A stretch of DNA of 63,701 nt, filler included, from Octopus bimaculoides (GCF_001194135.2; 9 parts of 7 records of this genome joined end to end with filler, not necessarily neighbours in it); one strand, 5' to 3'; positions 10,991 to 23,494 are shown, counted from the whole stretch's first letter. The notes: generated by a model from the sequence alone, not told the origin. Program-made: numbers and translations.

Positions 10991-13617
10991 TATTGGTGGT
11001 TATGAATCTATGACGTATCTGGTATGTTGATAGATAACCGAGTGGCAGGGATGTGGTTTGCCTTGCAGACAACGCAGCAAACAACCAGACACAACCATAT
11101 AAATTCCTCTCAATTTTTACCATATCAGAAGAATGTTTGAAACAAACAATTAATTCTGTCGAATGCCAAAGAGCACATTAAATATATAAAAAAACGTCGC
11201 TGGAAATGATTAATTTTAAGTTTGCGGTGGTGGTGGTGGTGGTGACTGGGGGGTGGGGGACGATTTATTCGCTTCAATTACAGAATTGCTCTAATTATTC
11301 TAACAATATCATACGGCTACTTTCGTATATTCTGCGAGAGTTTTGTTAAGAAGTTATTAGTGTTGATTATAAAGGAAGAATTATTGAGGATTCGAAACAA
11401 TATATTACGTGTAGTTGACTTGTGGACACCATTGAAATGAAAGGCAAATCTGGAATCTGCCTGATTTGAGCGGAGAACTATGTAAATATACCAAAAGAAA
11501 AAAAAGAGAAAAAAAGAGAAAAATGAATATTATCAACTACGTACATATCGTTCGCACTTTAGCATTATTTTTGTTCAGAGTTAACCGCCAAAAGTATTTC
11601 TCAACAAGCCAATTACTTCGGTTTTCTCATAATAAGGGCTTACGTTACCAATACCTCTTGTGGTCACCTGTCTTAAACCATAAATTAGCTGGAACGAACG
11701 ATTTCTCAGACGTGCTGGATGTCAGTTTTCTTGAAACTGGTATCACTAATTTGAATCCTCAGCAACTTTCGTTCACTTTGAATTATGCTATCCAAAAATG
11801 TGTCAGCACTTCATTTATGATATGTAACTCTGTAGAATACAAATGCTGTTCTGTAGAAAATGAAGTAAGTCATTAAATAAGATGGCAGCTGCTTCTCTGT
11901 TGAATCACGCTTCACAGTATATTTTGATAATACTCGCCTGACGTTCATGTCTTTTTCTTCTTTTTTTTTTTATTAATGCAGTCATTGGACTCTTGTTCTG
12001 CTGAAATGCTGCATTCAGAAGGGGTTTTTTTCTGCTATTTTATTTCACTTATTTCGTAACATATGTATCGCCAAGTAAACAATGATAAGAAGGACAAAGT
12101 ACTTTGTATATTTCTTCCCATATTTTCTGCCTGCCTGTCTCTCTTTTGAAAACGTATTTGTACCTAACCAAAGTAAAATCCATTATGTTCCTCTCTCTGT
12201 GCCACTGTTGCTTTTCTCATCATTGTCGTTTAGCCTCAGATCAACTCTGTGTGAGCCGAACTGTGATGGAAGGCACCACGGACAAGACAATGTTTTATTA
12301 GGAGTATGCGAGATTTCTATTAGCTAATGTATACATTCTTCCTCTCAGATTGAAAGGAGTGATTTGAGGGAGATGTGGTTGTTATTTCTAAATAGTCGAG
12401 GAATCCTCCTTGAATTGTTTAGAGCAGCCGTAAGGATTTATAATTTTTTGTTCCATGTAACAACTACACTGTCGGTCCATCAGATGGCAAGTGATGCAAA
12501 GACTAAACAGAATCATACAAAACGCAGTATTTAGGTTCTTCTGTCCGACAAAATGTTTCCAATATTACGAAGGTCGATTTTGCCTTTGATTCCCCCGCTG
12601 TCGATAACATAATGATAGATTAAAGCTAAATGTGAAGAGATAATAATCAGTTAAACGGTTTATTCACAACGGAGAAAAGAGATTAAGCGGAGTTATATGC
12701 TTGATCGTTGTGTAAGATAAATGTGCACAACCCATCGATTAAGAACTCATACAGGCAATACATATGGTAAAACAAAGAAAATAAAAATTTACAATATGAA
12801 CAAATAATTATTTGTGAATAAATGGGAAAAGAGAAAAGGCCGCGATGAAAATTAAGAAAAGCACCCATACGATAAAACAATAAATATTACTGATGATGGC
12901 AAGAACTAAATGTGAGAAACAAATTAATAGGAATTAATATATTATCAGTAGCAGTAATAAGATATCGCATAAATATATTAAGTTTGGAATATATGAAAGA
13001 ATTGATAAGATCAGTCAGAAATAAAAGATATTAATGGCGACATTTCGAAACCAACAAATATGGACGTAAGTGTATAAGGTTACAATTACTGGGGCCACAA
13101 TGACTTCGAATTATTACAATTAGGACATTTAGGAAAATAGCATCTATAACATGCCATATATATAATTATGTTTATGTATGTGTGTGTATGTATCTATTAG
13201 ATATGTAGATACATATATACATATATACATATTTAGTATATACATATACATATTCATACATACATAGATACATACATACATGCACACACAGACATATATA
13301 CATACGTATGTACATACGCACATATAAACAGCCGTGCACAATGTGTTGCCAAAAATGAAAACTATATATGTCTCTAAATGATACTAAGAGTGCTAGAATA
13401 TCTACATTGCTAGAAATGAGAGCTAAAATGCTCTCATGCTGTAGTTAAAGCGCATAATTGCATACATATATGCTGAAAGAGAATTAAACCCGGAATCAAC
13501 TGAGTGAGCGGTCCTTACTGATGAGGCTACGGAAACAGCCGAAACTGATCGGTCGGTATAAGGAAATATCAATCGTTGTTTGGACGATTACATATATACA
13601 TACATACATACATACAA

Positions 13618-13650
<33 letters not shown>

Positions 13651-13929
13651 NNNNNNNNNNNNNNNNNNNNNNNNNNNNNNNNNNNNNNNNNNNNNNNNNN
13701 NNNNNNNNNNNNNNNNNNNNNNNNNNNNNNNNNNNNNNNNNNNNNNNNNNNNNNNNNNNNNNNNNNNNNNNNNNNNNNNNNNNNNNNNNNNNNNNNNNNN
13801 NNNNNNNNNNNNNNNNNNNNNNNNNNNNNNNNNNNNNNNNNNNNNNNNNNNNNNNNNNNNNNNNNNNNNNNNNNNNNNNNNNNNNNNNNNNNNNNNNNNN
13901 NNNNNNNNNNNNNNNNNNNNNNNNNNNNN

Positions 13930-13976
<47 letters not shown>

Positions 13977-14233
13977 GAGAGAGAGAGAGATAAATAGAGA
14001 GACGTGTATATAAGTATGTACACGCACAATTAAATGTAAATGTAAGTATTAATCTACTAGTACATATATCTATATTATGTATAATAGACATATACATACG
14101 TACACACACATACACACACACGCACACACATATACACATATATGTAAACATATGTGGATATGTTTATATTTATATACAAACATATGTAAACATACAAGCC
14201 CTTACAAATATACCTACATACGTGCGTACATAC

Positions 14234-14294
<61 letters not shown>

Positions 14295-14685
14295 TATATG
14301 TATATATATATCAATGTATGTATGTATGTATGTATGTATGCATGCACATATGCACGTATTTATATAATTGTTCGTAGCTCAAATTACTATAAATAATATT
14401 CAGTGTTAAAAATATTTTTCCCAAAACAAATATACAAATTCGGTTAGAATCGATATGAAATCTTTCCTTCTGACCTTTCATCGCTTCTTCTCACAAAACC
14501 AGTCGGTCTGTGAACTTTGTCACATGGCCAGGACGGAAATACTTGCAAGAATTCTCTCCAGAAATTTCAAGTAAAATTATTCATTAGATGGTTAATTTTG
14601 GAAAAGGTTGAACTGCAGGAAAGTTCGTAAAAATATTCTAGTTGCGTATGTTTCTATGTATGTTTAGCGTGTATATCATTCAATG

Positions 14686-14725
<40 letters not shown>

Positions 14726-15062
14726 AAACATACACACACAAACACACACACTCATACAGACACACATATTATTCAAAATATTTCGATTTGGATTCCGTGC
14801 TTCTTCAAGTTACGAAACCCTTAACGGACCCCATCTCCCCAGTACGTCTACTCGTTCCTGTCATCTGTACGTAGATGTGATATTTGTGTGGAATATGTAT
14901 TAGAGTTGAAAGGAAAGGAAAACAGTTTCTGCAGAGTAATTCTATATCAAAGCATATATATANNNNNNNNNNNNNNNNNNNNNNNNNNNNNNNNNNNNNN
15001 NNNNNNTTAATTAATTAANNNNNNNNNNNNNNNNNNNNNNNNNNNNNNNNNNNNNNNNNNNN

Positions 15063-15120
<58 letters not shown>

Positions 15121-15132
15121 TGATGATGATGG

Positions 15133-15169
<37 letters not shown>

Positions 15170-15174
15170 AATAA

Positions 15175-15650
15175 TCTTGGTATAAAAGATGAGCTACAAC
15201 AAATATTCTGCTTAATACCACAGATTTGCTTGTCAGTTGTTTGACCTTAACCAGTTGAGCATGTCCCTTGGTGGCTGACGATACGTGCATCTCTGATCAC
15301 GAGCAGAAGTAGTTGGGGAAGCATCATAGTCATGTTTTGAGAGGAATTCTTTGGAAGTTTGGATAATTCACCATTGGAAACATGGGTATTTCGTTCGACA
15401 TCCTCAGACAACCTTTAGTCAAAGACCTTTTAAGCGGGATGGGCTACTCGACCTGAAGAAAATTCTAACTGGGCCCCACCTGCAAGGTCATGCGCTGTTT
15501 ATCTTGATATGAGATCACCATGTCGCGCACATATGGTCGTGATGTATGTGCCTGGTGTACCCTTATCAGACGGGTAGTCATGAGGGGTATACTGAGCTTC
15601 GTATATTTTACCCCAGTGTCACTTTGATGGCATGCCCTGCTCTCTCACTC

Positions 15651-15651
<1 letters not shown>
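15175..15651 (+). mobile_element. Headless (AAT)n-tailed retroelement (family E), 5'-shortened copy
   Basis: Aligns with the reverse-strand copies at 24107-24640 and 60834-61368; ends ..ctgctctctcactc(AAT)n. Confidence 0.85.
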
Positions 15652-15685
<34 letters not shown>

Positions 15686-16250
15686 TGATGATAATAATAA
15701 TATTCNNNNNNNNNNNNNNNNNNNNNNNNNNNNNNNNNNNNNNNNNNNNNNNNNNNNNNNNNNNNNNNNNNNNNNNNNNNNNNNNNNNNNNNNNNNNNNN
15801 NNNNNNNNNNNNNNNNNNNNNNNNNNNNNNNNNNNNNNNNNNNNNNNNNNNNNNNNNNNNNNNNNNNNNNNNNNNNNNNNNNNNNNNNNNNNNNNNNNNN
15901 NNNNNNNNNNNNNNNNNNNNNNNNNNNNNNNNNNNNNNNNNNNNNNNNNNNNNNNNNNNNNNNNNNNNNNNNNNNNNNNNNNNNNNNNNNNNNNNNNNNN
16001 NNNNNNNNNNNNNNNNNNNNNNNNNNNNNNNNNNNNNNNNNNNNNNNNNNNNNNNNNNNNNNNNNNNNNNNNNNNNNNNNNNNNNNNNNNNNNNNNNNNN
16101 NNNNNNNNNNNNNNNNNNNNNNNNNNNNNNNNNNNNNNNNNNNNNNNNNNNNNNNNNNNNNNNNNNNNNNNNNNNNNNNNNNNNNNNNNNNNNNNNNNNN
16201 NNNNNNNNNNNNNNNNNNNNNNNNNNNNNNNNNNNNNNNNNNNNNNNNNA

Positions 16251-16295
16251 AGTGAAGTGAAAGCACGTTATAAAAATAAAACTACTGAACAATAA

Positions 16296-16362
<67 letters not shown>

Positions 16363-16410
16363 AAGAAGAAGAAGAAGAAGAAGAAGAAGAAGAAGAAGAA
16401 GAAGAAGAAG
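16251..16410 (+). mobile_element. 3' tip of R4/Dong-like element with (AAT)n/(AAG)n tail
   Basis: gtgaaagcacgttataaaaataaaactactgaa matches the 3' end of the 3736-4177 element. Confidence 0.75.
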
Positions 16411-16751
16411 AAAGACTGAGCTACAAAACTTGGCTAAAAATAGAACAAGCTGTTCACAATGTAAAGCGTAATACTGACAGACTTTACATACCAATTGTTT
16501 AGTTGTTTATATTTTGATCGGGAGAATTGTGATTCAGGAAGTAAAGCTGGTATACATGGCTGTGACGTTTTGTGCTAAAGAAATCGGCCACCAGGGTGGG
16601 ACACAACCTCTATAGTTTTGTTGCTATCCACTCTTTCCTAGTAGATGATAAGCCGATGAAGTTTAACGGTATATTCGTCTTTCCCAGAGAAATTTCATTT
16701 TGATAATTATAAAAATGAACGTTTCTTAAAGGTAACACAGACTTTAATAAT

Positions 16752-16966
16752 CTTTTCTCCTCTAGGCACAAGGCTCGAAATTTTAGGGGGAGGGGGCAGT
16801 CGATTAGATCGACTCCAGTAAGTAACTGGTACTGAATTTATCGACCCCGAAAGGATGAAAGGCAAAGTCGACCACGGAGGAATTTGAACTCAAAACGTAA
16901 AGACAGACGAAATACCCGCTAAGCATTTTGCCCGGCGTGCTAACGTTTCTGCCAGTTCGCCGCCTT
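16752..16966 (-). mobile_element. SINE family B, near full length
   Basis: Reverse complement: aaggcggcgaactggcagaaacgttagc (A box)..gagttcaaattcc (B box)..gtcgactttgcctttcatcctttcggggtcgataaa..ctggagtcgatctaatcgac..ccttgtgcctagagg. Confidence 0.9.
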
Positions 16967-16985
16967 ACAGTCTTTAAATTATGTA

Positions 16986-17127
16986 AGTCGTGGCTGTGTG
17001 ATAAGATGCTTGCTTCTCAACCACATAGTCCCGAGTTCAGTCCCACTGCGTGTATTCTACTATAGCCTCGGACCGACCAAATCCTTGTGAAAACTGAAAG
17101 AAGCCTGTCGAATATATATATATATAT

Positions 17128-17166
<39 letters not shown>

Positions 17167-17360
17167 TGTGTTTCTCCACCCACCACCACTCTTATCACCG
17201 CGTGACAATCGGTGTGAGTATGTCGACATCCCCGTAACTTAGCGGTTCGGCAAAAATACCCCGGCTTCAAAAGTAAGTGCTTGGGTTGATTTGTTCGACT
17301 GAAACACTTCAAGGTGGTGCTCTAGTATGGCCGCAGTCAAGTGAATAAAAGAATAAAAGA
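16986..17360 (+). mobile_element. SINE family A with internal deletion
   Basis: Head gtggctgtgtgataag..gagttcagtcccactgcg, internal (TA)(GT)n, tail ccccgtaacttagcggttcggcaaaa..ggtggtgctctagtatggccgcagtc. Confidence 0.85.
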
Positions 17361-19085
17361 ATAAGAATAAATACATATGATGCGTGGGCCATGGGTGCTG
17401 GGGAAGGATGAGCAGCGATGTGAATTCCCCTCGTAACTGCAGACATACTCTTAGCAATTTTTCGTAAATTTAGGCATAAAAAGACTGTGATATTTTGACT
17501 TGTTTTCAACAATTTATTTAAGTAGTACCTAATGGACTTATGTTCATTCGGATCCATATTGTATAGCGCTCGATCTTGATGCGAAGTAATTTTTCGATAG
17601 ATTTAAAAATTTTCTAAAATGGCTTCTTATACGCCTGCAAATACGGTGGTTGTCTTTATTGTTTTGTTTGTTTTTTTTCCCACGTCAGCGTTCATGGAAT
17701 CCCCGACTTCCTATCTTGTCACGTTCAGCTTTTCTTTTCATTCTGCATAAGTATATAAAATTATGTACCGAGACTGCAAGTTTTATATTTCTGTAAAGTA
17801 ATCTAAATATGAATAGAATTATAGGAGAAAGGGAAAAAACAAAAAACAAAAAAACTGGTTGAATTCGAAACGGATACAGCTATAGATAATAACATATAAT
17901 TTTTTTTAAATGCTTTGAATAGAAAAAGTCGATGGCTGTCCCTGTGAATTATCTTATGTTCCTTATAAGCTTCTAAAATAGATTCTTGTGTCGGTAAAGA
18001 ACAGGATTGTTACGTGAAGCACGTTGTTAAAAGGCCCAGGAGTAGCAACAGCTCGATTTTAAAACAATGAACCCTGTCTCCGATATCGTAGTTTTTTTTA
18101 ATCCACTGGTTATATTTGCTTATGGGACGATTTGTATCCAGTACTCAATGCACGAGGTAAAAAAAAAAAGGAGAGAGAAAGAAAACAGTGTCACTGGTTA
18201 TAAAGAACCCCCAACGGTACACAGCAGCCAACAGGTTTTTTGTTAAAATTGAATATGTGACTCTGTATTTGCATGCATGTGAGTGCGTATGCACCCGCGT
18301 ATATAGACTGTGTGAGAAGAGTTAATGTTGTAAGGTTTATTTTACACTAAAGGTGTCGCAAATGTGACTGGCAGTTTAATAGTTATTGAACGTCTAGTGC
18401 TAAACATAATATAATTGCGAGCCCGCTGTAACAATATATTTCACCCTTTTCATACTCAGATCGTAAACATTAATTTTTCGAGATTTTCTGTCGTTCTACA
18501 GTTTGAACATTGGGCGTGGTTTCCGTACAGCTGTGATTGTATGAAATGCAGTTTTTTTTGCGGGTTTATTGCTGTTTCTCATGCTTTGTAGCGTAGAGGT
18601 TAGGTTTACACAAGGCGAGTCTGATATAAATAAATCACAATAAGCGAAATACATTACATGAGCAGTAAATGTTGACGTTTCTTTGTTTTAGTGTTGGTCA
18701 GACGCAGTGCCTGGGAATTTTCGCAAACTATATGTTCATTGTGTATTTTTATTTACTAAGTTAAATATGTGTCGAAGATTGAGGTTTTGCGCCTAATTCC
18801 TGGCATATTTGCCCTTTGTTAGTCTATGCGCGCGCGTTTGTGTGGTACGTTTATGTTATAGTGTGTGACGCATTTGACATTCTATAGCCTTACTGTTTAA
18901 ACCAAGAGCGGGGAAGTAGGATTTAATTGTTGTTGTTATCATGGCTAAACTTAGATCACCGGCTAATCCCAAACTAGCTCTTAACCCAGATCAGTTTTGA
19001 TCCAACAGGTACTTAATAAAAGCATTCAGCCGCGATTGTGGTTATCTTCTTCTTTTACGGGTTTATCGGGCTACATTATCTAAAG

Positions 19086-19736
19086 CTGTGGTTCTCAATC
19101 AATTTTTGCCCCTTTCGTTCCTATTTTACCTAGGTGGGCCCTCATAACCATTCCATGTTTTAAAAAAATCCTATCGTGTTTTTAGAATTAAATGTTATTA
19201 GGAATTACATACAAAAACAAAAGTGTTAAACTATTTTGTGTATTCTGGAATTGTTGTTGGCACTCCGTCGCTTACGACCTCGAGGGTTCCAGTTGATCCG
19301 ATCAACAGAACAACCTGCTCCTGAAATTAACGTGCAAGTGGCTGAGCACTCCACAGACACGTGTACCCATAACGTAGTTCTCGGGGATATTCAACGTGAC
19401 ACAGTGTGACAAGGCTGACCCTTTGAATTACAGGCACAACAGAAACAGGAAGTAAGGAGTGGCAGAAAGTTGTGGTGGAAGAGTACAGCAGGGTTCGCCA
19501 CCATCCCCTGCCAGAGCCTCGTGGAGTTTTAGGTGTTTTCGCTCAATAAACCCTCACAACGCCCGGTCTGGGAATCGAAACCGCAATCCTATGACCGCGA
19601 GTCCGCTGCCCTAACCACTGGGCCATTGCGCCTCCACTATTCTGGAATTATAACCAATTTATTGCGCATAAAATTTTGACAACAAAATCTTATCTGGATT
19701 CCCAAGGGTCATAGCGACCACGGTTGAGTACCACTA
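19086..19736. mobile_element. hAT (Charlie-like) MITE interrupted by a SINE
   Basis: TIRs ctgtggttctcaatc (19086-19100) and ggttgagtaccacta (19722-19736); flanking 8-mers atctaaag/atcgaatg match at 6/8. Confidence 0.75.
19253..19637 (-). mobile_element. SINE family C (OK-like, tRNA-derived), full length with perfect 12-bp TSD
   Basis: 385 bp; TSD TATTCTGGAATT at 19241-19252 and 19638-19649; intact A/B boxes; 3' end cgacggagtgccaacaac; highly similar to the copy at 61657-61982. Confidence 0.93.
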
Positions 19737-19779
19737 ATCGAATGTGTCTATATATAAGCTAATTGTTTCAAATATTGGC

Positions 19780-20032
19780 ACAACACCAGTAATTTTGACG
19801 GGAGGGAGTTATTCATTTCCATCAACCACAGTAATTGACTGGTACTTATTTTATTTTATTTTATTTTATCGGCCCTAAAAGGATGACAGGTAAAGTTGAC
19901 CTCGACGTAATACGCACTCAGAACGTAATGAACCAGAAGAAAAGCTAAGAACTTTGTCCGGTGAGATAATGATTCTTTTTTGTACTCTAGACACAAGGCC
20001 CGAAATTTTAGGGGAGAGTGCCAGTCGATTCG
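19780..20032 (-). mobile_element. SINE family B, degenerate partial tandem copies
   Basis: aattgactggtacttatttt..aaaaggatgacaggtaaagttgacctcg..ctcagaacgta; then tctagacacaaggcccgaaatttt..gtcgatt. Confidence 0.7.
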
Positions 20033-20170
20033 AAGTACTTGTGATTTTTTTCAACCTCTTTACCCACAACNNNNNNNNNNNNNNNNNNNNNNNNNNNNNN
20101 NNNNNNNNNNNNNNTTAATTAATTAANNNNNNNNNNNNNNNNNNNNNNNNNNNNNNNNNNNNNNNNNNNN

Positions 20171-20581
20171 AAGTTTTAAGATGCAACCCCGTCCGGTTAA
20201 TCCACCCAGAATTAATCAGACCCAGCTTGCATCATAGTAACAGCAAATCACTGATCTGCCCTCTTTATCCTATGCTCCCTAAATTGGCCTTTTCCACAGT
20301 TTCAACGATGGAATGTATAACCGTCTCTCTTTGCCGCAACAGTAACTCCGTACTCAGTCAGAGCTTTGTAGAGTGAACCTCGACTCTTCATTTCTATTGC
20401 TTCCAAAGGTATCTTCCTGACCCGATTTCCACGCTACACCACCAGCTCCTGATATCTGGAAATCTTCTTTTTATGTTCCCTACTTTATGTTCCTCCGAGG
20501 GCATCGTCAGCTCCTACATGATCACCTGTTTGGTGGAATTTGAGAAGATCACTATGTCTGGGCGGAGTGTCGTTTGTACAA
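20171..20581 (-). mobile_element. HERO-like (R2 group) non-LTR retrotransposon 3' fragment, RLE domain pseudogene
   Basis: Minus strand across frameshifts: VQTTLRPDIVIFSNSTKQVIM*ELTMPSEEH..RYQELVV*RG..LEAIEMKSRGSLYKALTEYGV..ETVEKA..IKRADQ*. RPD..ELT.P.EE is a PD-(D/E)xK RLE signature; a short 3' UTR follows. Confidence 0.8.
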
Positions 20582-21244
20582 TGTATGCTATTGGTTACGG
20601 TATAGAACCAAGGTTTAGAACTACATATGTTCAGTGTAGGGGATGGGCTATTTAGGTTTTATACTTATTCTGCAAAATCTTATGATGTTAAAAACATATT
20701 TGTATTGAAAGAGATTTAACATGAAAGAGCTTTAATATGAATGAATCAACACTGCTAATAATCACAAACTCATATAGTTCACGAATTCATTATTGATTTA
20801 TGAATCAGGCAAAGTCTATGAAAGTGGGCAGATCTTCTGATATCCGTTGATATACTTTTGGCATGGAAAATGAATGAAGAATTCTGCAATGAATCTATAC
20901 TTCCGTGGTTTTATAGGGCTTATAAGATCAACTAATTATGTCCAATTATTCCTTGCCAAAGTGAGTGAATCGATTACTGCTATGTCTATAGAGAAAATGC
21001 AACGTAACAGGGCGGACACAAATCATTGGTCTTCATTGGTTAGCCAACATCTCATCGACTGATCCGTCAATCATCAGAAAATTCTTGAAAACATTCTTAT
21101 TTTAAGAGAGTCATATCCTTGTTAGTAACTTGCGCAATCCTTTTTACATCCTTATTAATTTAGAAACGAAATAATCCTTTCGCTTATATTCCTATTATTA
21201 TATTTATCCGTAAGCTGATAAAATCTTTAGTGTAAGCGACAAAA

Positions 21245-21410
21245 TACTTAACGCATTTTTCCGCCGCTTTACCTTCTGTGTTCAAATCCCGTGGAGGGCA
21301 ACTTTATCTTTTACTCGTTCGGGGTCGATAATATACAATAACACTCAAAAATTGGAGTCGATGTAATTAATATACCACCTCGTCTAATTCACATATAATT
21401 GCTTTCCTTG
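21245..21410 (+). mobile_element. SINE family B, old degenerate copy
   Basis: ttctgtgttcaaatcccgtggagggcaactttatctt..ttcggggtcgataat. Confidence 0.6.
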
Positions 21411-21699
21411 TGCAATTAGGTGTGAAATATCAAGTATAGTGTAACAAAGCTTTATTCTATTTTGCTTAAAATATTCTGTCTAAATAGGATGGATGAATAT
21501 ATATTTAACACTCGAAACTGTGCAAATCAAAACACAACGTTAAGCATAAATTATCGAACTATTTTGATTATTACAGTGAAGCAAAAGCTTTAGTGGGCCC
21601 CAACAACTAATCACATCCAGAGGGGCTTATATACTTGAATTTGTTAAAATAAGTCCACATTTCTACCTTGTGACTCCCCAAGATTGCCGGATCTTGCAA

Positions 21700-22225
21700 G
21701 ACATTAGTAGTTGTAACGTAAAAGGCCGTAACAAATATTGCAAGGTATTTTTCCGACGCTGTAGCAATTCTACTGATTCCACCACTCTTTTAGTTGTTTC
21801 CTTTTTTGTTACAAAGCTAACAATGAGAGAGGGTTAGTCGTGCACAAAGACCCCACTACTAGACTGTTAACTTATTTTATCACCCCCAAAAGGATAAATG
21901 CCAGTGTTGACATTGGCAGGAATTGAACTTAGAATACAATTAGCCAGAGAAAACAGCGCGAAGCATTTTTTCGGATTTTGACGTTTCAACGATTCTACTA
22001 ATTCGCCGCCTAAATAATCCTTTTTATTAAATGCACAAGGCCTGAAATTTTAAGGGAGAGGATTAGTCAATTGCATCACCCCAGTGCTTAACTGGTACTT
22101 ATTTTATTGACCCCAAAAGGTTGAAAGGCAAAGTTGCCCACTGCAGAATTTGAACTCAGACAGATGAAATGCCGTTTAGCATTTTGCCCGGCCTGCAAAC
22201 GATCTGTCATATCTCCACCGCCTAC
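21700..22225 (-). mobile_element. SINE family B, about three degenerate head-to-tail copies
   Basis: Repeated blocks: ccgacgctgtagcaattctactgattcc; accccaaaaggataaatgccagtgttgac..gaattgaact; cacaaggcctgaaatttt..ctggtactt..aaggcaaagttg..gaatttgaactcag. Confidence 0.75.
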
Positions 22226-23111
22226 CGCCTAAGTAATAATAATTTCTAAAGTGTACCACGACTATGCATTTCATGATATTGTCTTTGAAGAAGATGGATG
22301 ACTATTCCAATAATATGATACAGGAATGTAAAGAGTGGTGACAGACACAACGATTATAGCCAATAAATAACACAGTAAGTCAACACGTCACTCATGTTTC
22401 ATTTTTATATTATTAACACATGGAATGAATTTGCCGTTGACTATATTTATAGACATGGATAATTTGCATTCAGTAGGTTGAACAAACAGCAATGGAGAGT
22501 GTCCACAGCTTTCTGAGCACTCTTCTTTATTGTTCTTTACTTTCTGTAATTCCTGAGAATTTTGCAATCTGTGACATAAGGATAAGTGGACAAATTATGT
22601 TCGGTTGATTCTTAATTTGGCTGTATTGACAGACGATTGGTAATTATAATAGAAACGTGACTTGAGTTGAATTCTCTGTGATGCAACGATTTGAAGCTGC
22701 GTTTAGAAGAAGAACTTGATAGTAAGGGACTGTAGGCTGGTGATTGAAGGTTGCGAAGTAGGTGCAACGATTTGGCTTACTTGTGTCTAGCATAGAACTT
22801 GTGGAATACATTTCAATTAAAACTTTGTTACAGAAACAGACAGTGTATGGGGGTGAGGGAGGGAGAGAGTGCCTATGTGTGTGTGAGAGAGAGAATGTGT
22901 GTGTGTGTGAAAGAGAGAGAGAGAGAGAGAGAACTTTAGAGAGGTTATATATAGGTAGTACCATAAAGAAGGAGAAAGATATGAATGGAGACCGAGAGTT
23001 GTACAATCCAAGATCCTACGCTCTTTTAGTTCCGAAACTTACTGAGATCAATATGCCCATCAATATGCCGAGATCAATATGCCCATCAAATATATCGAGG
23101 TTAATCATCAT

Positions 23112-23183
<72 letters not shown>

Positions 23184-23413
23184 NNNNNNNNNNNNNNNNN
23201 NNNNNNNNNNNNNNNNNNNNNNNNNNNNNNNNNNNNNNNNNNNNNNNNNNNNNNNNNNNNNNNNNNNNNNNNNNNNNNNNNNNNNNNNNNNNNNNNNNNN
23301 NNNNNNNNNNNNNNNNNNNNNNNNNNNNNNNNNNNNNNNNNNNNNNNNNNNNNNNNNNNNNNNNNNNNNNNNNNNNNNNNNNNNNNNNNNNNNNNNNNNN
23401 NNNNNNNNNNNNN

Positions 23414-23494
<81 letters not shown>

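Noticed and set aside
13410-13431. Small hairpin ATGAGAGC-TAAAAT-GCTCTCAT
   Set aside because: An 8-bp stem is expected by chance in 64 kb, and it lies in repeat-derived context.
22492-22608. 38-aa ORF with good Kozak context and signal-peptide-like start (MESVHSFLSTLLYCSLLSV..)
   Set aside because: There is no good splice donor before the stop and no homology recognised. Hydrophobic short ORFs are common in T-rich DNA.
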